From assembly GCA_018813785.1 (NCBI GenBank), contig JAHJAU010000043.1, positions 1-42,749 on the forward strand: 42,749 nt of DNA, given 5' to 3'. Below the pieces are notes generated by a model, which saw only the letters and a program-made list of their open reading frames with translations, made no database searches and had not been told where the DNA came from. This document shows, piece by piece, positions 1-7,949 of this stretch. Each line of letters starts with the position of its first letter. The first letter of the stretch is position 1. A program made the translations under genes and the position numbers. Source of the DNA: Patescibacteria group bacterium. GTDB lineage: Bacteria > Patescibacteriota > Patescibacteriia > SG8-24.

Positions 1-257
1 AGTTCGTATCGTATCGCACTATCACAGGTGACCAGCACATCCTCCGCCCAGGCAGACAAACGGCCTGTTTTCGCGTATATCACACCTCTGATTTCCCAAT
101 CCGCCGATATTGCATTATTAATTGATCTTACGCCCTCAACAACAAATTCACCGCTACGATGTCGCTTTTGACGGTTGCGACGGAGCGTCTCTAGGTGTTG
201 AAAAGTGCTATTCTCCTTCCCTATTTTCAATACTTTATCTCCGTCAGATTTTTTCAT
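1..257 (-). CDS. TrmH/SpoU-family RNA methyltransferase, N-terminal part (runs off window start)
   Basis: Manual translation from ATG at 257: MKKSDGDKVLKIGKENSTFQHLETLRRNRQKRHRSGEFVVEGVRSINNA...; the R..R...F.VEG pattern is typical of the SpoU substrate-binding domain. Not in the ORF track because it is truncated. Confidence 0.75.
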   Translation of the reverse strand, partial: MKKSDGDKVLKIGKENSTFQHLETLRRNRQKRHRSGEFVVEGVRSINNAISADWEIRGVIYAKTGRLSAWAEDVLVTCDSAIRYE

Positions 258-317
258 ACATCACAGAGCGTTGTTAGTTGTTTTCAGTTTCCGAATTATT
301 ACCATAACACAAAAAAT

Positions 318-1365
318 GAGTTAATGGACATTTTCAGTTGGTCTTTTGGCTATTTTAATGCTAGGTTGCGCATATATTCTTCATTTTGATTTATGAGTAT
401 CAAAAAACTGCCCCGGATGTGGCAGTTTTTTGGTTCAGAAATACGGTCGTCAGAATGGCCTTCAGCGGTATCGTTGCCGTGCATGTCGCGGATGCTTTCG
501 TTCCAAGCGAAAAGGAGCTTCGAGACCCAATGCGCTTTGGAAACGATATACGTTCAAGCGTCAGACGGTGAGCGACCTTGCGACATCCGTGCATCTTTCC
601 GAGCGTCAGGTGAGGCGCAAACTGAAAGGAGCTTCCTGTCCTGAACACGTCCGTTTCAAACGGGGGACGGAGATCGTTCTTGTGACCGATACGACCTATT
701 TCGATGCCTTTGGCGTCATGGTATTTCGATCGTGGACGCATCGAAGCAATATCTACTGGTTTTTCGTGACCGAAGAAACGAATGCTGATTATCTTTCGGG
801 GATCAAGAGGCTTGAAGATGATTTTGGGTATCGGGTTGTCGCCACCGTCTGTGATGGCAAAAAATGGCTCTGTGAGCAGTTTAGAGCGGCTGGATACCCT
901 GTCCAGCATTGCCAGTTCCACATACTCAAGACCGTCACGAGACATCTCACGAGGCATCCCGTTCTTGAGGCCGGCATCGAGCTTCGACGGATCGCCATGA
1001 TGCTGAAACATGCCTCAAGAGCATCCTTCACGGGAGCGCTTCATGATTGGTTTGGGCGCTGGAAGATATTTCTCAAAGAACGCACGACCGATCCCGTGAC
1101 CGGACGATGGCAATACACACATCGGCGCATTCGAGGTGCTTATACCTCCCTCATGCACGCCCTCCCGTTTCTCTTTACCTTCGAAGACTATCCTGACCTC
1201 GATATCCCAAAAACCACCAATACCCTAGACGGAACATTCTCTCATCTCAAGCAAAAAATCTACGTGCATCGTGGACTAAATGTCGAAACTCAAAAGAAGA
1301 TGATCGGGACGATCCTAAATGTTCCCGCACAGACCAAAAGACCAACTGAAAATGTCCATTAAGCC
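318..1365 (+). mobile_element. IS256/Mutator-like insertion sequence (~1.05 kb)
   Basis: Perfect 29-bp terminal inverted repeats TTAATGGACATTTTCAGTTGGTCTTTTGG (321-349 / 1334-1362); near-identical flanks CAAAAAAT (310-317) and CAAAAATA (1366-1373); encloses a transposase. Confidence 0.85.
430..1362 (+). CDS. DDE transposase, IS256-like variant with N-terminal Zn finger
   Basis: Motifs RYRCRAC, TDTTYF, CDG, QHCQFH and TTNTLDGTFSHLK; the stop codon lies inside the right TIR. The frame extends upstream to CPGC at 409 without an in-frame ATG. Confidence 0.85.
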   Translation: MVQKYGRQNGLQRYRCRACRGCFRSKRKGASRPNALWKRYTFKRQTVSDLATSVHLSERQVRRKLKGASCPEHVRFKRGTEIVLVTDTTYFDAFGVMVFRSWTHRSNIYWFFVTEETNADYLSGIKRLEDDFGYRVVATVCDGKKWLCEQFRAAGYPVQHCQFHILKTVTRHLTRHPVLEAGIELRRIAMMLKHASRASFTGALHDWFGRWKIFLKERTTDPVTGRWQYTHRRIRGAYTSLMHALPFLFTFEDYPDLDIPKTTNTLDGTFSHLKQKIYVHRGLNVETQKKMIGTILNVPAQTKRPTENVH

Positions 1366-1387
1366 CAAAAATATCAAGGATTGGATG

Positions 1388-1637
1388 TCAGTTCCATCCC
1401 TTCCTTTAGTGCCCCCGCCAGAATACTTGAGTCTGGGAGACGGTTAGCGGCATACGCCCCCCTACACTGAACGTTTATCTTGCCCGGAACCAAAAAGACA
1501 GGCTCACTCCTATCCGGCAACTCATTGCCCACATGAAGGGCCATTCGCCCTCCTATCCCCTAGTTTGACTGACTTCCATAAAGACCAGATAAGCAGCCCT
1601 CCGATGACAACCCCATCTTAGCCAAGGCATGAACTGG
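1388..1637 (-). ncRNA. Putative ~250-nt structured non-coding RNA, family unknown
   Basis: No ORF longer than 60 aa; nested helices on the minus strand (CAGUUC/GAACUG, AGAUGG/CCGUCU, UUAUCU/AGAUAA, CUAGGGGAUAGG/CCUGUCUUUUUGG, AGGGC/GCCCU, GGCAA/UUGCC, CCAGA/UCUGG), with G-U pairs favouring this strand. Confidence 0.45.
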
Positions 1638-1646
1638 AGCCTAATC

Positions 1647-1710
1647 AAAACCCACCGCCCTACTCTGGATAGGGCGGCGGGCTCTGCTCCGTACCCGGCG
1701 GTACGGAGCG
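1647..1710 (-). terminator. Two GC-rich hairpins after tRNA-Trp; the distal one is followed by a U-tract
   Basis: GCTCCGTACC..GGTACGGAGC and CCCACCGCCCTA..TAGGGCGGCGGG, with AAAA on the plus strand at 1647-1650. Confidence 0.55.
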
Positions 1711-1713
1711 CAG

Positions 1714-1784
1714 CAGGGGCGACAGGACTCGAACCTGTAGTCCCGGTTTTGGAGACCGGTGGTTTACCATTAACCGACGCCCCT
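1714..1784 (-). tRNA. tRNA-Trp (CCA)
   Basis: Reverse complement AGGGGCGTCGGTTAATGGTAAACCACCGGTCTCCAAAACCGGGACTACAGGTTCGAGTCCTGTCGCCCCTG; cloverleaf, anticodon CCA, 3'-CCA not encoded. Confidence 0.95.
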
Positions 1785-1828
1785 ATGCCTTTCTTTTGTA
1801 CCTAATTTTAAACCAGATGTCCATTATA

Positions 1829-1854
1829 CAAACGCGGCGGTTGATCCGCCGCGT
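1829..1854 (-). terminator. Hairpin downstream of rpmG
   Basis: ACGCGGCGG-TTGAT-CCGCCGCGT followed by UUUG on the minus strand. Confidence 0.55.
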
Positions 1855-1878
1855 CATACACCCTACCCCAACTAAAAA

Positions 1879-2034
1879 CTATTTAGTTTCTTTGTGTGCA
1901 ACATGCTTCTTGCACCAGCGACAAAATTTCGACAACTCGAGTCGATTTTTTAAGGTCTTCTTATTTTTATGACCGCGATAATTGATGCGCTTGCACTCTC
2001 CGCATTCTAATTTGATAGCGTTATCTTGAGACAT
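1879..2034 (-). CDS. rpmG: 50S ribosomal protein L33 (Zn-binding C+ form)
   Basis: [51 protein letters not shown] (51 aa, two CxxC); canonical position between tRNA-Thr and tRNA-Trp. Below the ORF-track cutoff. Confidence 0.97.
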   Translation of the reverse strand: MSQDNAIKLECGECKRINYRGHKNKKTLKNRLELSKFCRWCKKHVAHKETK

Positions 2035-2116
2035 ATCAATCAATTTGTTACGGCATCGATCTTAATCGACTCTGGCCGATTTGTCTAGTCCGGGCTGTAA
2101 CCCGATATTTATTTAC

Positions 2117-2193
2117 TGGAGCCACCTCTGGGATTCGAACCCAGGACAACCAGTTTACAAAACTGGTGCTCTAACCAACTGAGCTAAGGTGGC
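2117..2193 (-). tRNA. tRNA-Thr (TGT)
   Basis: GCCACCTTAGCTCAGTTGG...CCAGT-TTTGTAA-ACTGG...GGTTCGAATCCC..GGTGGCTCCA. Confidence 0.95.
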
Positions 2194-2308
2194 AAAAGAC
2201 CGATTTTCTTTGATAGAGCTACAGCTGAGCATCCCTCGTAGCTCCAGACGAACCTCTGCACAAAACAAATTGTGTAGAATGAACAAATTTAAATGAAGCG
2301 ACAAGGGG

Positions 2309-2393
2309 TGGTGGGCAGGGCTGGATTCGAACCAGCGAAGGCGTAGCCAGCAGATTTACAGTCTGCCCCGGTTGACCACTTCGGTACCTACCC
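2309..2393 (-). tRNA. tRNA-Tyr (GTA)
   Basis: GGGTAGGTACCGAAGTGG...GCAGA-CTGTAAA-TCTGC, long variable arm, GGTTCGAATCC, ends ACCA. Confidence 0.95.
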
Positions 2394-2545
2394 TCGATTA
2401 GATGCATTTTTTAAAAAACTCATTCCCAACGTAAAATAAAAACTTCTCTCTAAAATCACCCATCCCAATATCGCTGTACTGCATCTGTAAGTACGTCAGA
2501 TACAAATCTACACATACCCGCCAATGCAACAAAGCAGCATTGGGA

Positions 2546-2621
2546 TGGAGCCGACGCGCGGATTTGAACCGCGGACCTACTCCTTACCATGGAGTTGCTC
2601 TACCAACTGAGCTACGTCGGC
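2546..2621 (-). tRNA. tRNA-Thr (GGT)
   Basis: GCCGACGTAGCTCAGTTGG...ACTCC-ATGGTAA-GGAGT...GGTTCAAATCC..GTCGGCTCCA. Confidence 0.95.
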
Positions 2622-2662
2622 CTATAGTAATGACTAAAATGATCTTTTACTATTTAATCCAT

Positions 2663-3562
2663 TTATTCCTCTAATTCTTCGTCTTCTACCAAAGCCTCGA
2701 TCCGCATCTGCAGAACCTCTAATTTATTATTTTCTGGGTTGGCAATACGGAGTTTCTCTAGGGCGCTCCTAGCTTTAGCTTTATCGCCCTCCATTATACA
2801 CGCTTCAACTAAAGAATCAAGATGCTTGGGATTACTTAGCTCAAAGGCGGCAGCAGTCTCAAAACCAGATCGAGCCGCGGAGAATTCCCCTCTCTCCTGA
2901 CAAACTAAACCGAAATTGGCAAACTGCTTGGCGATCGCAGCATGTTCGGCCGCGCTCGCCGGGCAATCATCAGAAAACGCTTCGAATCGTGGCATGGGTA
3001 TACCCTTGGCCTCACTAACCGATTGGCCACAATATCGCTTCACTAGTAACTTAGCCAAAAAAGAATAGATGTCTTTGGCTCGATCCCATCGTTTGGTATT
3101 CATGTACAATTCACCCAGATCACGATAAACGCTCTCGTTTAGTTCATCCAGAGCCAAAATTTCGATGAGTTTTTTCTCAGCTTCACCAAACTTCTCAGCC
3201 TCGATCAGTCGAAAAGTCTCTTGGCGCAACTTCTCGATCAATGTCTTTTTTTCTTGTGGTTTAAGTCGACGTTCATTACGAAATTGTCGATCAATGGTCA
3301 GCAATTTTTTAACCTGGCGACGAAAAGTATCGCGCAAACGCAATGCTGGCGGCCTGAGTATCTGTAAAATTTTTCCTAACCAGCGCTGAACTGCTCGCTG
3401 AACGCGCTGATCCATAATTTCTCGCTTGCGAACTAAATTACGCTCCTTGGGTATAACCCCAGTATTAATAAGCGTTAGCTGTGGAAATTTACGAACAACA
3501 ATCACCGCTATAATCAGCAAACTAACAATGATGACAGTTAAGCAAATAAAATAGAGCCACAT
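2663..3562 (-). CDS. Membrane-anchored tetratricopeptide-repeat protein
   Basis: N-terminal TM helix; TPR-like helices (YRDLGELY, AARSGFETAA, ARSALEKL..NPEN). Confidence 0.7.
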   Translation of the reverse strand: MWLYFICLTVIIVSLLIIAVIVVRKFPQLTLINTGVIPKERNLVRKREIMDQRVQRAVQRWLGKILQILRPPALRLRDTFRRQVKKLLTIDRQFRNERRLKPQEKKTLIEKLRQETFRLIEAEKFGEAEKKLIEILALDELNESVYRDLGELYMNTKRWDRAKDIYSFLAKLLVKRYCGQSVSEAKGIPMPRFEAFSDDCPASAAEHAAIAKQFANFGLVCQERGEFSAARSGFETAAAFELSNPKHLDSLVEACIMEGDKAKARSALEKLRIANPENNKLEVLQMRIEALVEDEELEE

Positions 3563-3567
3563 AATCG

Positions 3568-4347
3568 TTAAGTCGACATCAATTCTGCCAGACGAATAAA
3601 TTCATCTGCTTGCAGTGATGCTCCGCCCACTAAAGCACCTTCTATGACGTCTTCCTGCAAAAAGGCGGATAGATTGGTCACATTGACCGATCCACCATAA
3701 ATAACAAAACAATTTTTCTCAACTTCGTCGACTGAATACATCTCGCGTAGCATGTCACGAATAATATGATGCACTGCCGCGGCATCGGTCGGTGAAACTG
3801 CCTGACCGGTACCAATAACCCAAACCGGTTCGTAGGCGATAATAATATGTTGATTCCCGGTTGGTCGTGATCCTCCCTCGGCCAAGGCAGCTTGCACCTG
3901 CTTGATAATCACCGCGTCACGCTTGCCAGCCTCGCGCTCAGCCCTGGTTTCACCAACACAAATTATCGGGTTAATGTTGTGCCGCAATAACGCGGCCACT
4001 TTACGCTGAACCATCTCGTCACTTTCATTTAAAAATGTCCGGCGCTCTGAATGCCCGACGATACAATAATCACAGCCCAAATCTTTTAAATTGAGTGGGG
4101 AAATCTCGCCAGTGTAAGCACCTTTATCCTCCCAAAAAACATTCTGCGCACCTACCGAAATACCCGCATCTCGGGCAGCTCCAGATACCACATCCAATGC
4201 CGTCTGAGTTGGGCACAAGACTGTTTCGACCCGAATATCAGTAGTCGGCACAGCTGGCAAAAGTCGACTAATTTGCTCGGTCAATTTCAAACTCTCACTA
4301 TCCGTCAGCTGCATTTTCCAATTGGCAATAAGATATCGTGTGGGCAT
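3568..4347 (-). CDS. tpiA: Triosephosphate isomerase
   Basis: ANWKM, GHSERR, AYEPVW, YGGSV and LVGGASL motifs. Confidence 0.97.
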   Translation of the reverse strand: MPTRYLIANWKMQLTDSESLKLTEQISRLLPAVPTTDIRVETVLCPTQTALDVVSGAARDAGISVGAQNVFWEDKGAYTGEISPLNLKDLGCDYCIVGHSERRTFLNESDEMVQRKVAALLRHNINPIICVGETRAEREAGKRDAVIIKQVQAALAEGGSRPTGNQHIIIAYEPVWVIGTGQAVSPTDAAAVHHIIRDMLREMYSVDEVEKNCFVIYGGSVNVTNLSAFLQEDVIEGALVGGASLQADEFIRLAELMST

Positions 4348-4418
4348 ATGAAATAAAATTGTTTTCGAGTTTGATAGGCTGGTGATAATGATAACACTGC
4401 TTCAGCTGTTGGTTCTGA

Positions 4419-5705
4419 CTAAAGAACCTCAGTGGCGGAAATCAACTGTCGATCATCCTTGAGTGGTCCAATAATTGCCATAGACAAGTGACGGCGATTA
4501 AAAATCCGTTGAGCAACACGCCGAATATCAGCTCGAGTAACCGCCATAATGTTGGTAATCTTCTGTTCTGGTGTTTGAACATGTTGCAATAACAATTCCT
4601 GTTTAGCATACCAATCAGCCTGATGACTGGAGTCCTCGAGAGCCAGCAGAGTTCTACCTCTAATATACTCCTTAGCGCGCGATAATTCCTCTGCACTGAC
4701 AAATTTATCTCGTATCCGACTGAGTTCGGACATAATTAAACGTAAGGCATGATCAACGCGATCTTTGGCTAAACCGGTCTGAATGGTGAAGTCGCCAATG
4801 TCCTGATACGCATTGGCTGTCGCCCGAATAAAATAACATAAACCTTCGCGCTCTCGCACAGATGTAAATAATCGCGAACTCATAGTACCGCCTAAAATCA
4901 CAGCCAGCACCTTAGCAGCTGGCAATTCACGATCAAAATAACCGAAAGCAGGAAAAGCTAATGCGGCTTGTACTTGTTCCGTATCACGCTCAAGTACTTT
5001 TACGCGCGGCTTACGAAAACCAGCCTGAGCTTTATTGAAGCGCTGGAATGGACGTGGTCGACCATGAGAAATCGAGCGGCCAAATGTTTTTTCTAACGTT
5101 TCAATAACCTGTGCTTCATCGAATTTTCCTGCCACAGCCAACACCGTTCGCGCTGGTACATAATAACAATTGCGATAATTAATTAAATCCACCGGGGTCA
5201 GTCCTTTCACTGATTCGACTGTGCCGCCAATACGTTGTCCCAGAGGCGAACCGCGATACAATTCTTCCTCGACTAACTCCTCCACCAGCATCAATGGATT
5301 GTCCTCATACATTCGCAACTCTTCAAGTATGACCTGTCGTTCTGAGGTGACATCACGCGTTCGAAAAAGCGAATGATAAATCATATCCTGGAGCATGTCC
5401 GCCGCCAACTCGAAACGTCCGGACTGCAATTTGATGTAATAGCCGGTGTAATCCTTGGCGGTAAAGGCGTTATAGTCAGCGCCAACCGAATCCAAATCAC
5501 GCGAGATATCAAGTGTGGTTGGTCGGCGGCGCGTACCTTTAAACATTAAGTGCTCAATAAAATGCGATGCTCCTGAAAGCGCTGCATTTTCATATCGCGA
5601 ACCAACCTCATACAAAGCTAAAACGGTCACGGCAGCTGTATCGGCGTGAGGAATGGTGATAACCCGAGTGCCATTTTTTAGTTTGTGTTGTTTAAAATTC
5701 ATCAA
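4419..5705 (-). CDS. M16 (pitrilysin/insulinase) family zinc peptidase
   Basis: HFIEHLMFKGT (HxxEH), NAFT and SSRLF..VREREGLCY motifs. Confidence 0.92.
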   Translation of the reverse strand: MMNFKQHKLKNGTRVITIPHADTAAVTVLALYEVGSRYENAALSGASHFIEHLMFKGTRRRPTTLDISRDLDSVGADYNAFTAKDYTGYYIKLQSGRFELAADMLQDMIYHSLFRTRDVTSERQVILEELRMYEDNPLMLVEELVEEELYRGSPLGQRIGGTVESVKGLTPVDLINYRNCYYVPARTVLAVAGKFDEAQVIETLEKTFGRSISHGRPRPFQRFNKAQAGFRKPRVKVLERDTEQVQAALAFPAFGYFDRELPAAKVLAVILGGTMSSRLFTSVREREGLCYFIRATANAYQDIGDFTIQTGLAKDRVDHALRLIMSELSRIRDKFVSAEELSRAKEYIRGRTLLALEDSSHQADWYAKQELLLQHVQTPEQKITNIMAVTRADIRRVAQRIFNRRHLSMAIIGPLKDDRQLISATEVL

Positions 5706-5780
5706 ATACTCAGCTGGTATATCGAATAAAAAACGTAACGACCGAAAAAATTATAATAGCTGCCCTGATAATATTTTTTG

Positions 5781-7178
5781 TTAGGGCAAAGCTACTTTCT
5801 CATCAATCATGTCCGAAAGTTCATCTATCGCGACACGTTCTTGTTTCATGGTATCGCGATCACGCACTGTAACTTTTTTATCCTCCGGAGTATCGAAATC
5901 CACGGTAATACAATAGGGCGTACCGATTTCATCCTGTCGCCGATAACGCCGACCAACTGAACCCGTCTCATCGTACTGAACCATCATTCGCTTAGCGAGC
6001 GCATCACGAATCTCGCGCGCTATGGCAGTAAGAGGTTCTTTCTTGGAAAGCGGTAATACCGCGGCTTTTATTGGTGCGATGGCTGGATGAAAACGTAAAA
6101 CGGTTTCAGTTTCTTTTGCTGATTCAGTCGTAGTCGTGCGACCGCCATCAATTTCCTCGTAGGCATCAAGCAAAAATGTCAGCACCGAACGATCCAAACC
6201 AAGTGCAGGTTCAATCACATACGGCATATACTTCTCACCGGTTTCCTGATCCCGATACGACAAATCTTCACCACTAAATTTAGAGTGCTGCTTCAAATCA
6301 AAATCAGTACGATTGGCGCAACCCCAAAGCTCACCCCAACCCCAAGGATACTCATATTCGAGATCAACCGTGCGTTTGGAATAATGTGATAACTTCTCTT
6401 TCGGATGCTCATAGAATCGCAACTTGTCCGATTTAACCCCCAATCCCACGAACCAATCTTGCATGAACTGCTTCCAAGTTTCGAACCACTCCTCATCGGT
6501 TCCGGGCTTCACAAAAAACTCCATCTCCATTTGTTCAAACTCGCGTGTCCGGAAAATAAAATTACCTGGAGTTATTTCATTTCGGAATGACTTGCCAACC
6601 TGCGCTATACCGAACGGCAGCTTCTGCCGAGATGTATTCAAGACATTGCCAAAATTAACAAAGATGCCCTGAGCGGTCTCTGGTCGTAAGTAAACCACCG
6701 ATGCCTCATCCTCCACCGGCCCCATGAACGTTTTAAACATCAAATTAAACTCACGAATATCGGTAAATTCACCACCGCACTCTGGACACTTCAAATCTTT
6801 AATACTAACCAGCTCTTCTTTTAATCCTGATAAACCGGCCAACTGAGCTTCAATTAAATGATCGGCGCGAAATCGTTTTTTACAACCCTTACAGTCCACG
6901 AGCGGATCAGTAAAACCCTGTAAATGACCGGATGCCTCCCAGGTTTTGGAGTTCATAATAATGGCCGCATCCAAACCAACGATATCGTTACGGCGCTGAA
7001 CCATAGCGTTCCACCAAGCAGTTCGAACATTATTTTTTAATAACACCCCCAGCGGTCCATAATCATAGGTTGAACCAACTCCGCCATAAATCTCGGAGCC
7101 AGGAAATAGAAAACCGCGACGCTTGGCGAGCGATACGATTTTATCCATTAAATCTGATTGAATTTTCTTGTCAGTCAT
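5781..7178 (-). CDS. glyQS: Glycine--tRNA ligase (alpha2, dimeric type)
   Basis: [39 protein letters not shown]. Start placed at MTDKK (7178) rather than the ORF-track 7307. Confidence 0.96.
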   Translation of the reverse strand: MTDKKIQSDLMDKIVSLAKRRGFLFPGSEIYGGVGSTYDYGPLGVLLKNNVRTAWWNAMVQRRNDIVGLDAAIIMNSKTWEASGHLQGFTDPLVDCKGCKKRFRADHLIEAQLAGLSGLKEELVSIKDLKCPECGGEFTDIREFNLMFKTFMGPVEDEASVVYLRPETAQGIFVNFGNVLNTSRQKLPFGIAQVGKSFRNEITPGNFIFRTREFEQMEMEFFVKPGTDEEWFETWKQFMQDWFVGLGVKSDKLRFYEHPKEKLSHYSKRTVDLEYEYPWGWGELWGCANRTDFDLKQHSKFSGEDLSYRDQETGEKYMPYVIEPALGLDRSVLTFLLDAYEEIDGGRTTTTESAKETETVLRFHPAIAPIKAAVLPLSKKEPLTAIAREIRDALAKRMMVQYDETGSVGRRYRRQDEIGTPYCITVDFDTPEDKKVTVRDRDTMKQERVAIDELSDMIDEKVALP

Positions 7179-7186
7179 ACGGAAAG

Positions 7187-7215
7187 AAAGTAACACGAGG
7201 CTTATGAGTAAGCAA
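7187..7215 (-). promoter_or_regulatory. Putative sigma70 promoter for a near-leaderless glyQS transcript
   Basis: TTGCTT-17-TACTTT with an extended TG, 8 nt before the ATG; no SD. Confidence 0.45.
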
Positions 7216-7290
7216 GATATATTATGGCATATTTTTACTATCTTCGTCTGTAACTTGATATCGTCGGATAAAATCAACTTTTCAACAAAC

Positions 7291-7477
7291 AAAAAACTCC
7301 CGAACAACGATATGGAGACGGAAATTCAGGTTGGTCATAAGACGTCTGAATCACGGCGCTTTCGCTGAATTATCTCCAGCCGGAGCCGGTGATAATCAGT
7401 TTCCACGCACCGGTCGTCCTTTTCCGGCAAATGCCGGTTGGTGCGACCAATCCCCCTCCATGTCGTAAATCGGGAGT
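7291..7477 (-). ncRNA. Structured ncRNA copy A (four-way junction, long closing stem, U-tract)
   Basis: P1 ACUCCCGA..ACGACAUGGAGG-G-GGA / UCC-G-UCUCCAUAUCGU..UCGGGAGU, three internal arms, U6 tail; structural paralog of copy B. Confidence 0.7.
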
Positions 7478-7497
7478 AACTTTATCAATTTTGAGTC

Positions 7498-7689
7498 AAA
7501 AAAACTTCTAATTAACGAAATGGAGACGGAAGCCCAGGGTAATCCGTAAACGGATGCCTGTACCGATGACACTTGTGTTGGCAGCTGTCAGCCGAGGCCA
7601 ACTACTACCAATTGCGTGTCTTTATCGCTCTGCCCAGACAAGCCTGGTTAAGGCGATAAGATCCTCCTCCATTCCGCTAATTAGAAGTT
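7498..7689 (-). ncRNA. Structured ncRNA copy B (four-way junction, 24-bp closing stem, U-tract)
   Basis: P1 AACUUCUAAUUAGCGGAAUGGAGG-A-GGA / UCC-G-UCUCCAUUUCGUUAAUUAGAAGUU, three internal arms, U7 tail. Confidence 0.7.
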
Positions 7690-7712
7690 GGAATTTTATT
7701 GACCAACATAAC

Positions 7713-7741
7713 ACTATAACACATCTTTAAAATTTTGTCAA
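7713..7741 (-). promoter_or_regulatory. Near-consensus sigma70 promoter driving the tandem ncRNAs
   Basis: TTGACA (7736-7741)-17 nt-TATAGT (7713-7718) with an extended -10 TG. Confidence 0.75.
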
Positions 7742-7794
7742 GAATCTTTGACAAAGAGACAGATATGCAAAATAAAGTGGCTAATTTTAGCTAT

Positions 7795-7822
7795 AAAAAA
7801 GACTACCTAAACTTAGGCAGTC
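7795..7822 (-). terminator. Intrinsic terminator after dnaE
   Basis: GACTGCCTAA/TTAGGTAGTC hairpin followed by TTTTTT on the minus strand. Confidence 0.65.
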
Positions 7823-7949
7823 AACGTCAGAAATTAATGACATCTTTTAGAGACTTGAATGCTATTCTATCTGATCCCCGCCTATAATTTTAACGTGATC
7901 CTAAGCAAAATATACTGCTTTTGAACCAAAATTCATCAGGTAAAATAAA

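Noticed and set aside
1470..1595. SAM-I riboswitch upstream of the TrmH gene
   Set aside because: CUUAUC...AAGAUAA and GGAGGG..GGCCC resemble SAM-I, but the spacing, the J1/2 AGA, the kink-turn GAUGA and the GCAACC core are missing.
7179..7307. N-terminal extension of GlyRS (similarly the upstream extensions of yjjX, ABC-3 and htpX in the ORF track)
   Set aside because: Family homology begins at downstream ATGs; the extensions cross promoters, hairpins or the neighbouring gene.
7291..7689. Tandem glycine riboswitch or T-box controlling glyQS
   Set aside because: No GGAGA/CCGAAG/CUCUCAGG glycine-aptamer motifs and no GGUGGNACC T-box; each unit closes on itself with a U-tract, and glyQS has its own candidate promoter.
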